DNA from: a virus
Lineage: Duplodnaviria > Heunggongvirae > Uroviricota > Caudoviricetes
Reading direction: 5' to 3' (one strand)
IMG/VR virus record: IMGVR_UViG_2724679538_000004
Location: 32,001 to 96,000 of that record
DNA: 64,000 nucleotides
In this document: piece after piece, positions 29,581 through 38,699 of the stretch
Position numbering within the stretch: position 1 is the first letter of the stretch
Layout: each line of letters begins with the position of its first letter
Translations under genes and position numbers: made by a program
Notes under the pieces: model-generated
Seen by the model: only the letters and a program-made list of their open reading frames with translations
The model's database searches: none
Told to the model about the DNA's origin: nothing

Positions 29581-30006
29581 ATGTTAGGTTTCTTTAAAAA
29601 GAAAACTCGTAAAGCTGTTATCGAAGTCAAAAAAATGGAGAACCGTGATGCGGTTGAAGCCACTGTGTGGGGCGCGTATATGATCTCCTATTCCGATGGC
29701 ACATGCGATGCAAAAGAAATTTCCATTCTTGAGAAAACAATTGCAGCTCTGCCTGCGTTTTCTCCGTTTGCTGCTGAGATAGCCCAGATGAGTGCCAATA
29801 TCCGCGCTCAATACGAAGCCTCACCACGCCGAGCTAATGCTCAAGCTTTACGTGAACTGGCTGATGTGGCCGGGACTAATGATGCAGTAGATGTTCTGTG
29901 TCTGTGTATTGATATTGCCGATCAGGACGGTATTGGCGAGGAGGAAGAGTTGGTGTTGAAAAAAATCGCTCAGGCGCTCCAGCTTTCACTGGATGCTTAT
30001 CTCTAA
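29581..30006 (+). CDS. hypothetical protein (TerB-like fold suspected)
   Basis: 141-aa ORF with GGAAAAACAC RBS context; acidic C-terminus. Confidence 0.4.
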   Translation: MLGFFKKKTRKAVIEVKKMENRDAVEATVWGAYMISYSDGTCDAKEISILEKTIAALPAFSPFAAEIAQMSANIRAQYEASPRRANAQALRELADVAGTNDAVDVLCLCIDIADQDGIGEEEELVLKKIAQALQLSLDAYL

Positions 30007-30164
30007 TGCTTGAGAGATTCCGGCTTGTGATCGTCATTGCTCTTTTGGTGATGGCGGTGCTGGTGGATTTTACGGGAAAGATCATGTCTGTCATTTCTGA
30101 TGGCGTTCTTGTTGGTCTGGCGATCTACTTCGCTCGCCCTCTAATCCGTAATGCAAAGTGTTAA
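30006..30164 (+). CDS. small hydrophobic protein (about 52 aa; below the ORF-track cutoff)
   Basis: ATG overlaps the preceding stop; product MLERFRLVIVIALLVMAVLVDF...; followed by a terminator. Confidence 0.3.
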   Translation: MLERFRLVIVIALLVMAVLVDFTGKIMSVISDGVLVGLAIYFARPLIRNAKC

Positions 30165-30170
30165 TAACAA

Positions 30171-30190
30171 GGGCCGACTATGGCCCTTTT
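30171..30190 (+). terminator. rho-independent terminator (GGGCC-loop-GGCCC then TTTT)
   Basis: Hairpin plus T-run; overlaps the track ORF start at 30180, supporting ATG 30207 for the next gene. Confidence 0.6.
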
Positions 30191-30206
30191 GTTTCATGGA
30201 GCGCGT

Positions 30207-31022
30207 ATGTTTGAGATTTCAACACTCACTTCTACTACCAAAGGTTTTCACGATAAGCCTTCAATGACCAGTCAGGAGATTGCCGAGTTGGTTGGCAGTC
30301 GTCACGACAGCGTTAAACGCACCATAGAACGGCTGGTAAAAACTGGCGTCATTACTTTTCCACCAATGGTGGAAAAGCCCACCGCAGGTCGCCCTTCGAC
30401 GATGTACCTGTTTGAAGGCGATCAGGGCAAACGAGACAGCATTGTCGTAGTTGCGCAGCTGTCGCCGGAATTTACGGCACGTTTAGTTGATCGCTGGAGA
30501 GAGTTGGAGTCCATATATGGCGCAGCTGTGACTCCAGCGATACCTCGTACCTACAAAGAAGCTCTTGTTCATTTGCTTCATCAGGTTGAAGAAAACGAGC
30601 GCCTTGAAAAGAAAAATGAGGCTTTGGAAGTAGCGCTGTCAAATGCAAAGCCAAAAGCCATTCTGATGGATACGATTTGCGGAACCGCAAATGAACTTTA
30701 CGGGCTTAATGAAGCTGGGCGCATTCTCGGTACATCTGGTGTTGTTATGGGGGAATTTCTGGATTCTCTTGGCGACGTTTATGTAAAGCGCAAATACACA
30801 ACTATCAATCGTCAGTTCTTGAAGGCTTTCATTGACCGTGGCTATGGGAAAAATGTCGTGATCGGAACTGGACGTAACCAGGCAAAATTCACCTTTAAGG
30901 GGCTTTGCTTTGCGGCTGTGAAGCTGATTGCCGCAGGAAAAATAACCGTCAACTCCATCGAATATGAACCGTGCCGGGAACATGTTGAGCGTGAATTGAA
31001 GGGCGCAAAAAGTCTTCATTGA
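30207..31022 (+). CDS. phage antirepressor-like regulatory protein (Rha N-terminal domain plus KilA-C-like C-terminal domain)
   Basis: MTSQEIAELVGSRHDSVKRTIERL matches the Rha family N-terminus; GGAG RBS before ATG 30207. Confidence 0.65.
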   Translation: MFEISTLTSTTKGFHDKPSMTSQEIAELVGSRHDSVKRTIERLVKTGVITFPPMVEKPTAGRPSTMYLFEGDQGKRDSIVVVAQLSPEFTARLVDRWRELESIYGAAVTPAIPRTYKEALVHLLHQVEENERLEKKNEALEVALSNAKPKAILMDTICGTANELYGLNEAGRILGTSGVVMGEFLDSLGDVYVKRKYTTINRQFLKAFIDRGYGKNVVIGTGRNQAKFTFKGLCFAAVKLIAAGKITVNSIEYEPCREHVERELKGAKSLH

Positions 31023-31093
31023 TTTTCAACGTGGACACTCACCTTTTCATTGCGATTGTTCCCCTCTCCTAATCAGACACAATAAAGCCAATA

Positions 31094-31110
31094 AGAAAAC
31101 AACTTGTTTA
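31094..31110 (+). promoter_or_regulatory. promoter/operator motif AGAAAACAACTTGTTTA
   Basis: AAACAA-N-TTGTTT family member upstream of 31129. Confidence 0.45.
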
Positions 31111-31128
31111 ATCATCAAGGAAAAACAC

Positions 31129-31698
31129 ATGTGCGAGAAATGCAAAGCGATAGCTGATGAACAAAATGCCCTATTTGAAGAAATGGGTGCTAATGAGCTG
31201 GTAAAAATGTTAGCCATTCTTCGGGGAATAGAAGACGTTTCCATATTTGAGAGAGTGCTAACAGCACATAGTTTTAAGTCTACCTTTGAAGAGCCAATTC
31301 AGGTTGTCGCTTTGGCGCACCATTTTGGTGTTCATTATCTTGCTGAAAAAGAGCGAGCTAAAAAGTTGCAGGCGACTTTGGATATGGTGAGCGAGCCTCA
31401 ACGAACTCATGACGATAACAAGAGTGAGACGATTATTGCTGACAAAGATCGTGAAATTGCCGGACTCAAATCCTCTCTAACAATGTTGATGTCCGCAATG
31501 AACCTGGTGTCATCTCAGGCTGGCTTAAAAATGCCATCACTAAATAGCTATGATCCGATGGCAGTGCGCCAGCTGCTTGGTGCAATGGCTGATCAGCTTG
31601 ACGACACGAAAAATCGTATTGAAGATATGATGCGGGAACTTAGTCATCGTCATAATCTGACAACTCAGCCACATAAAGCTTTTCAAGTATCACATTAA
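31129..31698 (+). CDS. hypothetical protein
   Basis: 189-aa ORF with AAGGAAAAACAC RBS context. Confidence 0.55.
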   Translation: MCEKCKAIADEQNALFEEMGANELVKMLAILRGIEDVSIFERVLTAHSFKSTFEEPIQVVALAHHFGVHYLAEKERAKKLQATLDMVSEPQRTHDDNKSETIIADKDREIAGLKSSLTMLMSAMNLVSSQAGLKMPSLNSYDPMAVRQLLGAMADQLDDTKNRIEDMMRELSHRHNLTTQPHKAFQVSH

Positions 31699-31700
31699 TA

Positions 31701-31725
31701 AAAGGGGATTCGTCCCCTTTTTCCT
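31701..31725. terminator. hairpin AAAGGGGA-TTCG-TCCCCTTT with T-run, probably bidirectional
   Basis: Lies between convergent genes 31129..31698 (+) and 31769..32212 (-). Confidence 0.6.
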
Positions 31726-31768
31726 TACCTAAGTGAAATTTTAAAAATATTATTCTTTTTATATTATT

Positions 31769-32212
31769 TTAAATACCAGGATTAGATAAATTGTCTATGA
31801 ATGTGCGGGTGGTATTGACAAATCCAGACCCAGAAAAGCGCATAATGAAGCCGTTTTCATCAAAAGTTACGCTCTTTTTATTCATAAATTCATTAAAAAT
31901 ATGATTTGTGCCTGCTCTTGTTGAGGGATACCAATATATTCCCATATCACTGTCGCAGTCCTGATGCATGCGAACCTTTACACCGTTTATTTGCATGGGG
32001 ACTGACTCGCCTGTTGTAGTGCATTTTTGTGATCTGTATGGTGTTAAGTATAAACCAGGTTCATTACCCTTTGATCTGGCAATAAAAATATACCAATTGC
32101 CGTCATCTGACAGTACTGCCGGAAGACTGTTCTTGGCTATATACCATCCTTCGGCGTTTGCCACAGATATTGAGCCGAATGTCAGAAGCATTGCGGCGAT
32201 AAATTTATGCAT
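31769..32212 (-). CDS. secreted protein with signal peptide (isolated reverse-strand gene)
   Basis: MHKFIAAMLLTFGSISVANA signal peptide; AAAGAGG RBS. Confidence 0.55.
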   Translation of the reverse strand: MHKFIAAMLLTFGSISVANAEGWYIAKNSLPAVLSDDGNWYIFIARSKGNEPGLYLTPYRSQKCTTTGESVPMQINGVKVRMHQDCDSDMGIYWYPSTRAGTNHIFNEFMNKKSVTFDENGFIMRFSGSGFVNTTRTFIDNLSNPGI

Positions 32213-32461
32213 CGTTTTACCTCTTTAAAGAAAGGCTATTAATTTAATGGTTAAGGTGCAGTCACAGGCATTCAATTGAAGTGTAGAAAAAATTGAAGGC
32301 GCTAAGCGATAAGCGCTAATCAATGTAGCATAATACGTTGTTGTTGTAACAATAAAACAACATGTAATTTTGACGTCCATCGCCTTAATAACATCTTTAT
32401 CCCCTTTTTAACTTATTCATAATTAAACCAATTAGAAAATAATTTGTTTACTGGTTTGATT

Positions 32462-34147
32462 ATGACAACTGCCCTTTCAATCACTGACACCTTCAAAACA
32501 AGTTCAGAAGTTGACTATCGAAAAGAGCTTAACCTCATCCATAAAATCGTTGCAGAGTGCGAACGCGAGATCGCTTTCATGCGCCAGGTACATGATTACG
32601 TATATGGCGATGAACGCCATAAGATGATTAATCGTTTGTTACGACTTAACTACCGTCCAGATGATGAGAACGCTCGTTTTAATAACATTGTACTGGACAA
32701 GGCTGATCTCGAATGGGTGAAGCAGAACATCTGGGCTGAATACTGGAAAAAGGTCACTGATATGACTAACGTTCTGCTGATCATGCCAGCTTCCCGTCGC
32801 GAGGAGTGGCGTGAGCAATTTATCGAGGGCAAGCAGGAAATCACCAAAACTGACAGAACTGGCTACCAGATGAAGGTTAAGGAGTTCGTTGGAGTACCCG
32901 AGTTCAAGGTAGAAACTGTCATACCAACGATGATTAGCCTTCTAAATGACAGACATAAATATCTTTCTGAGCGCGTGTACGGTTTGTTTAAGGTGCTGAG
33001 TCCTGCACATAAGACCAACAAAACGAACGGCTTTAGCGAACGTTTGATCATTGCCAATTGCATTACTGATTTTTGGCGGGATAGCGTAAGTGTTAATTAT
33101 AAGCTTGAGGACTACATTGACGATCTGCGGGTATTGCTGCATTTCTTCGCGCACAAAGAGTTCATTACTATTAATCGCAGTTCGCAGATGCTATCCCTGG
33201 CATACAGAGCTAATGGCTGCAACACCGGTGAGTGGGTGAGCGTCGACGGCAATTTAATGCGTGTGAAGATGTTCAAGAACGGTAACGTTCACTTCGAAAT
33301 CCACCCTGACGTGGCCTGGAAGTTGAATGAAGTTCTGGCGCACAGTATGCCATCAGCCATACCTGCACCATGTCGTACCGCGCCAAAAACGCGAGCGCCA
33401 AAAGAGTTTGGCACTATTCATAAGATTATTTCAGACCCTGTACGAATCGCTTTGCGAGACGGACGACGTACCCGTAATCAAGAAGCCTGGTACTTTTCTG
33501 ATTCATGTTTGCAGAAAAATCAGGTGGAAGAGTTGGAGCGTACATTAAGTTTTATTGGAGGAGTACGGGAGAACAGTCAGTGGACGTTCCCCTATGATGC
33601 GACACAAACAATAAACAGTATCGTTGATACGGGGCTAGTTCCAGAAGCGAAATCACACCAGTTCTATCCAACACCGCATGTAATCGCTGAGTATGTGGCG
33701 AGAGCGATCGATCATAAGCCTGGAGAAACTCTTTTGGAACCGGAAGCCGGGCGTGGTGATTTGTTGTCCTGTATTGACGCTAACCGGGAAGATATTACCT
33801 GCATAGAATTAGCTCCCCTTTTTGCGGATATCCTCCGTTCAAAGGGGTACGCGAATACGATTTGTTGCGACTTCTTGAAATGGTCAGAGAGTAATGCAGG
33901 CTATCAATTCGACAAAATCGTTATGAATCCCCCCTACTCTTTTAATCGCTATAAAGAGCACACGCTATCTGCTCTTGGGCATCTGAAAGTTGGAGGCAGG
34001 CTGGTGGCCGTGTTGCCGGGAAACTCGCCTTCGCTTAATTGGATGACTTTGGATAATTACGTTTATGCAAAGGGGAAATCTTTCACTGGTGAGTTCGCTG
34101 ATACGGGGGTTACTGTCAGCGTGTATGTCTTCAAACGCGTAAAATAA
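32462..34147 (+). CDS. DNA methyltransferase with large N-terminal domain of unknown function
   Basis: C-terminal region has AdoMet motif I LEPEAGRGDLL followed by catalytic motif IV MNPPYS; ATG at 32462 (track ORF begins at TTG 32444). Confidence 0.75.
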   Translation: MTTALSITDTFKTSSEVDYRKELNLIHKIVAECEREIAFMRQVHDYVYGDERHKMINRLLRLNYRPDDENARFNNIVLDKADLEWVKQNIWAEYWKKVTDMTNVLLIMPASRREEWREQFIEGKQEITKTDRTGYQMKVKEFVGVPEFKVETVIPTMISLLNDRHKYLSERVYGLFKVLSPAHKTNKTNGFSERLIIANCITDFWRDSVSVNYKLEDYIDDLRVLLHFFAHKEFITINRSSQMLSLAYRANGCNTGEWVSVDGNLMRVKMFKNGNVHFEIHPDVAWKLNEVLAHSMPSAIPAPCRTAPKTRAPKEFGTIHKIISDPVRIALRDGRRTRNQEAWYFSDSCLQKNQVEELERTLSFIGGVRENSQWTFPYDATQTINSIVDTGLVPEAKSHQFYPTPHVIAEYVARAIDHKPGETLLEPEAGRGDLLSCIDANREDITCIELAPLFADILRSKGYANTICCDFLKWSESNAGYQFDKIVMNPPYSFNRYKEHTLSALGHLKVGGRLVAVLPGNSPSLNWMTLDNYVYAKGKSFTGEFADTGVTVSVYVFKRVK

Positions 34148-34208
34148 TAGGTAAATACTTACTTAAAATATGTAAGAATGTAGTTAGTTGAAGACGAGAG
34201 AAAAGCAC

Positions 34209-34904
34209 ATGACAAATTACAGATTTACGGCATGGGATGATTCACGGCCCCCCTTCAAATTCTGTATGAGAGGAGAACTTGATCAGCCTGCTGGAGCAAT
34301 CATCATCGATAAAGATGTTGTTAAGTTTGAGGGTGACTTTGATACATCAGCAAAGCTTTTCGTTGAACATGTTGCCAAACGCTGGAGTAAGCAGTGGAAA
34401 AGCCTTGAAAAACGCGCTCTTGGATTTGATGTATTTATGGCTGGCATTGATACAGCAAAAAAGGCTCTGGCTGCCGGAAATCCATTAGATCTTGAATCAC
34501 TTTTCAAAGGTGAAATGGCCTCAGCCATGTTCGCCACTATGTTCGCGGGTGAGTTCGTCCGTAGCGGTGCCAGAAACTATCTGGAGCTGTTGTACAACGT
34601 TCCTGAAATGGGTGATTTTACCGTCACTATTCAACGCAAAGAAGGTAAGACTCCAGGCGAACGTATCGCTGAACTTGAGGCTGTGGTGGACCAGCGTAAC
34701 GGAGAATGTGATCGTTTGGTCAACGAACTTAATGCTCTCCGGGAAGAAAAAATTGGAACGGGTAGCAATACACGCAATGCTGCGGATATCTACTTCCAGT
34801 TAGTCGAGGAATGCCAGATTCCACCAGGCGGATCTCTTGTCGATTACGTCAGACATTTAATGGAGCAAGTGGATTCCAAAGATAAAGATAGTGAGGGACG
34901 CTAA
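34209..34904 (+). CDS. hypothetical protein
   Basis: ATG 34209 after purine-rich GAGAGAAAAGCAC. Confidence 0.5.
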   Translation: MTNYRFTAWDDSRPPFKFCMRGELDQPAGAIIIDKDVVKFEGDFDTSAKLFVEHVAKRWSKQWKSLEKRALGFDVFMAGIDTAKKALAAGNPLDLESLFKGEMASAMFATMFAGEFVRSGARNYLELLYNVPEMGDFTVTIQRKEGKTPGERIAELEAVVDQRNGECDRLVNELNALREEKIGTGSNTRNAADIYFQLVEECQIPPGGSLVDYVRHLMEQVDSKDKDSEGR

Positions 34905-35182
34905 TGTTTGGCGTTGATGCAGGTCGTATTGCTGCTTTTGTACAAAAGCCACTTGAAAACCCACTGTCTCGCAGTGAGCAAATGGAACTTGCAAGGCTGT
35001 TTCTGCATATCAAGGAACAGATGGATTCCTTCAACAGTCTTCCAGAACGGCCTATTTCTGACGTTCATGTTCAGATGGTCATTGATAGCCACGAAAAGGG
35101 TTGGGCGACGATTGTTCCCTGCAAAATCACTTATGAACTTGCAAAAGAAGTAAAGGAATTACGAGGTAGTAAAAATGACTGA
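34904..35182 (+). CDS. hypothetical protein
   Basis: 92-aa ORF, start overlaps preceding stop. Confidence 0.4.
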   Translation: MFGVDAGRIAAFVQKPLENPLSRSEQMELARLFLHIKEQMDSFNSLPERPISDVHVQMVIDSHEKGWATIVPCKITYELAKEVKELRGSKND

Positions 35183-35495
35183 TCGAAAACGATTTGAGGC
35201 ATGGTGTTGTAAGAATTTAAGGAAGTGCAATCTTTTAAAAATTGGCGGATCAAATGGTGAGTACATTTCGCCAACAATGCAGGCTCGTTGGGAGATTTGG
35301 AAGGCAGCCTCGCAGGAAATGCGTCGAGTAGCCTCCGCATTCAAAACAGGTGAAGCTGTGTCCGCTAAAGCTGCAATAGATACGCTTGATCGCATGGGGT
35401 TTACGTGGGAAGGGGGTGTCTACTGGAAGCCTCCGGTTGGATTAATTCCCTCATATCTCATCCAGCAGCTTAATGCCGAGCACAACCCATCGTAA
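35175..35495 (+). CDS. hypothetical protein
   Basis: 106-aa ORF, start overlaps preceding stop. Confidence 0.45.
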   Translation: MTDRKRFEAWCCKNLRKCNLLKIGGSNGEYISPTMQARWEIWKAASQEMRRVASAFKTGEAVSAKAAIDTLDRMGFTWEGGVYWKPPVGLIPSYLIQQLNAEHNPS

Positions 35496-35523
35496 ATAAA
35501 TAAAGGCCATAAGTTATGGCCTT

Positions 35524-35580
35524 AAATAAATTGTTTTCTACCTTTTCTTATTTGTGAAAATAACCACAACTAGAAAACAA
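35524..35580 (+). promoter_or_regulatory. conserved ~55-bp promoter/operator block (AAATAAATTGTTTTCTACCTTTTCTTATTTGTGAAAATAACCACAACTAGAAAACAA); near-identical copy at 41449-41514
   Basis: Two near-identical copies upstream of different genes; related shorter versions at 44260, 45200, 45920, 46745. Confidence 0.5.
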
Positions 35581-35591
35581 TGGAGTTAAGA

Positions 35592-36233
35592 ATGTCTCGC
35601 ATTTCCGAAGCACACATGTTCGCCGCTGGCGCTCATGGTGGCGTTGGCCAGAAAAGAAAATATACCGGTGAAGATTATATCAATCACCCGGTTGCTGTCC
35701 GAGAGATTGTTGCATTGCATGACGGAACCGTGGAGATGCAGATCGCGGCGCTTCTGCATGATGTGGTCGAAGACACCAATGTAACCACAGAGATGGTACG
35801 TGATCACTTCGGTGAGCGCGTAGCTGAAATGGTTCAGGCTCTGACCAATATTGCAAGGCCAGAAGACGGCAATCGAATACAGCGTTTCATCATCAATGTC
35901 CGGGAGCTGGAGCAAAATCTCGACATGCAGACGCGCATGATCAAGCTGGCTGACCTGCTCGACAATACCTCTTCTATCGTGAGTCGCGATCCTGAGTTTT
36001 CAGCTATCTACCTTGCAGAGAAAGAGCTGATGCTGGACGTACTTTTTAACGGGAAGGAGATTGGTACCAACGCTGATGTTGTCGAGTACATGGAGAGGAT
36101 AGGTATAGAACACCCGTTGCTATTAAGCGCAATGGCGAAAGTCACTGAAGGTATTGCGCTTCTGAAACCGGTACTCATCAAACGTTATGAAAAACACAAA
36201 TCGCTGATCTGGAGCGCGTGGGAGGCTGCATGA
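35592..36233 (+). CDS. HD-domain phosphohydrolase, RelA/SpoT hydrolase-like (small alarmone hydrolase-like)
   Basis: AALLHDVVEDT matches the HD motif of (p)ppGpp hydrolase domains; GGAG RBS before ATG 35592. Confidence 0.65.
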   Translation: MSRISEAHMFAAGAHGGVGQKRKYTGEDYINHPVAVREIVALHDGTVEMQIAALLHDVVEDTNVTTEMVRDHFGERVAEMVQALTNIARPEDGNRIQRFIINVRELEQNLDMQTRMIKLADLLDNTSSIVSRDPEFSAIYLAEKELMLDVLFNGKEIGTNADVVEYMERIGIEHPLLLSAMAKVTEGIALLKPVLIKRYEKHKSLIWSAWEAA

Positions 36234-36772
36234 AGGTCGAAAAAATAGATGTTCTTTCCTTTGTGTTGACAGATCTGGAACGTCTCGATCCGGTTCGAGT
36301 GATGATTGAAAACTACGAATCTGGTAAGGGAAGAATCACCATCACCTGCTACGGAAAAGCGTGGACTGCGGCTTGGTTTGCTATGGGCGGTGATGATGTG
36401 CAGACGTTCATCAAGCGAGTCAGCAACGACTATCTAATCGACAATTTCGACCCTCAACTGCCAAGAACGGTCGACGATGACAACGATGCAAATCTGCTTT
36501 TCGTGAAGTCAGAAATAATAAAGTTACGAAGAGAGAGAGAAATCGACGCCGTACTGGCTCGTGAAATGTGGGACGAGGCGGAAAACGCCGATGACGTAAA
36601 AGAAAGCTGCTGTTGTTTCGGCGTCGGTAACAAACTGCTGAATCTCTTTGGCGATGATCCGTGGTATGCCTCCTGGCCAACGATACCAAACCCGAAATAC
36701 CAGTATCTTGAACGCATTGTGAACGCGGTACGTGAAGGGTTGAAAGAGTTAGACAAGTTAGAGGCATCGTAA
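36230..36772 (+). CDS. hypothetical protein
   Basis: GGGAGG RBS before ATG 36230; overlaps preceding stop. Confidence 0.5.
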   Translation: MKVEKIDVLSFVLTDLERLDPVRVMIENYESGKGRITITCYGKAWTAAWFAMGGDDVQTFIKRVSNDYLIDNFDPQLPRTVDDDNDANLLFVKSEIIKLRREREIDAVLAREMWDEAENADDVKESCCCFGVGNKLLNLFGDDPWYASWPTIPNPKYQYLERIVNAVREGLKELDKLEAS

Positions 36773-37266
36773 TGAGAGAGAAAATCAAGAACCCGGTCGT
36801 CGTATTGTATAAACGGGAAAACAGCGATTCTTATGCGGTATCCATCACTGATGGAAGCCAGAACATGCACGATGGCCTGCTAATGGCCTCAGTGTCTCCT
36901 GATGAGTCGGACTATCCCTTCGCCACCTTCGCTATGGTTGGTTACTACATGGCTGCCGAAATTGAGAAGTTACGGGCGCAGAGAGACGCATTGGCGGCGG
37001 AGAATGTGGCATTGAGGTCTAAGGCTGAGGAACTGGCAAATGAAGCGTCAAAAATTTACTCGGCATACAACGCCACTATCACAGAGCCTGACGGGGATTT
37101 TATAGACATGCAGACACTGCATGAAATGCAGTGCATAGAAACTCCAGCTACCGACGCTTTCCTAGTTGAAGTACGAGCGCAGGGCGTAGAGGTGTTTGCT
37201 GAGTGCGCATACACACTTGAACATCATGATCACGCAGTGGCCTTCGCATCAAAGGAGAGTGAGTGA
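36772..37266 (+). CDS. hypothetical protein
   Basis: 164-aa ORF. Confidence 0.5.
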   Translation: MREKIKNPVVVLYKRENSDSYAVSITDGSQNMHDGLLMASVSPDESDYPFATFAMVGYYMAAEIEKLRAQRDALAAENVALRSKAEELANEASKIYSAYNATITEPDGDFIDMQTLHEMQCIETPATDAFLVEVRAQGVEVFAECAYTLEHHDHAVAFASKESE

Positions 37267-37267
37267 T

Positions 37268-37465
37268 ATGGATAAAAATACCCCTGCTTACTGGAGTCTA
37301 TCACTTGATACCGAATGCCCGAAATGCGGTATCAATTTCGATCTACTTTGTGATGCTGATTTCTGGGAGTTTTCTGGAGCAAAACAGGCATGTGAAGAAA
37401 TAACAGGTTACGAAACATGCTGTCCAGAATGCAACCATGAATTTAAAACAGATTTTGTGTATTGA
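37268..37465 (+). CDS. small zinc-ribbon protein
   Basis: CPKCG ... CPECN pair of CxxC motifs; AAGGAGAGTGAG RBS before ATG 37268. Confidence 0.5.
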   Translation: MDKNTPAYWSLSLDTECPKCGINFDLLCDADFWEFSGAKQACEEITGYETCCPECNHEFKTDFVY

Positions 37466-37475
37466 AGCATAGCAA

Positions 37476-38105
37476 ATGACCACCTTTACTAAAGAACAAC
37501 TAATTGATCATATTAATGATCGCAAAGATGTCCGTCAGAGAATGTTGGAAACTGCGACGATTTCTTCTGGATTCAGAGAATATCTTGAAAGAGAGCTTGC
37601 CACCGATCGGATTGCCCTGGCGTCGCTGGAAGCAAAACCAATAGGTGCATTCCACATTGCAGAACAGCAAGTTGAAGGCACAAGTGACTATCTCAAGGAT
37701 GGAGAATGGCCTATTGATAATGGAATTATTGAGGTCTACGCCGCTCCACCCGTTCCAGTAGTACCGGAAGAAAAACCAATGCCTAATCCTCTTAGCATGT
37801 ACGCGGTTGATGCTGTTGCCGCTATTGCAGAGGTGAGAGGATGGAACGCCTGCCGCGCAGCCATACTTCAGAGTCAAGATAGGGGCATTAAGGATGCATG
37901 GATAAGCTGTAGTGAGCGAATGCCAGATGATGGTCAGCACGTAATTATTTTATGTGATGGCGCATTTGTTCTTTATGCGCAATATCGAGACGGTGAGTTT
38001 TTTGATGTCGTCCGTGATGGTGATGAATTTTTCGAAACGCAGAGCCGCAACGTCACACACTGGATGCAGCTACCAGAACCGCCGCAGGAGTCGAAGAGTG
38101 AATAA
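37476..38105 (+). CDS. hypothetical protein
   Basis: 209-aa ORF. Confidence 0.5.
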   Translation: MTTFTKEQLIDHINDRKDVRQRMLETATISSGFREYLERELATDRIALASLEAKPIGAFHIAEQQVEGTSDYLKDGEWPIDNGIIEVYAAPPVPVVPEEKPMPNPLSMYAVDAVAAIAEVRGWNACRAAILQSQDRGIKDAWISCSERMPDDGQHVIILCDGAFVLYAQYRDGEFFDVVRDGDEFFETQSRNVTHWMQLPEPPQESKSE

Positions 38106-38319
38106 AGCAGAGTTATTTCAGAAAATATCGGCTCTCGCGGCTGAATGCCACGCTATAGCATCTGAGCTTGATGTTGGCGACGAACGAACCGAGATGTTCG
38201 AAATATACAGTGTACTGCGCAATCTCTCTCGGCGTGGCTACGCCATTCAGGTAGGGCGAGTGACTAATCCACTACTCACATCATGTGATGAGGATGACCC
38301 GGATGAGGATGACGAATGA
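38098..38319 (+). CDS. hypothetical protein with acidic C-terminus
   Basis: GTG 38098 with GGAG 7 nt upstream; the longer track ORF would overlap the previous gene by 150 nt. Confidence 0.4.
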   Translation: MNKAELFQKISALAAECHAIASELDVGDERTEMFEIYSVLRNLSRRGYAIQVGRVTNPLLTSCDEDDPDEDDE

Positions 38320-38699
38320 TGAATAAATCAGTAGCCGGTGAGTTTCAGAAGGAAGTCGATAATACCACTGTTCTATTGGACGATATTTTAAGCATTCTCG
38401 CGCTGCTTGAGGCTGGAGAATGGTCAGAACATTGCACCAAAACAGAGCTAGGCGGTCGGCTTGAAAGAGAGATTACACGGCTGATTAGCGATGCCCAAAA
38501 TTATTTGTCACCTGAGAACCTCCCTTGCGATGTAGTCCTTGTGCCAGGGATGAGGATACACGAAGGTGTCAGAACGAAAACATTATTGACCGCATTACAG
38601 AGAAGAGCCGAATTAAAGTCGCGGGTTAAGTTGATGCCATCGAAAATGCTTGATGCCATCAAATTTACGCAATCGCAACATACTGAGAGAGATAAATGA
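38316..38699 (+). CDS. hypothetical protein
   Basis: 127-aa ORF, ATGA overlap with previous gene. Confidence 0.5.
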   Translation: MMNKSVAGEFQKEVDNTTVLLDDILSILALLEAGEWSEHCTKTELGGRLEREITRLISDAQNYLSPENLPCDVVLVPGMRIHEGVRTKTLLTALQRRAELKSRVKLMPSKMLDAIKFTQSQHTERDK

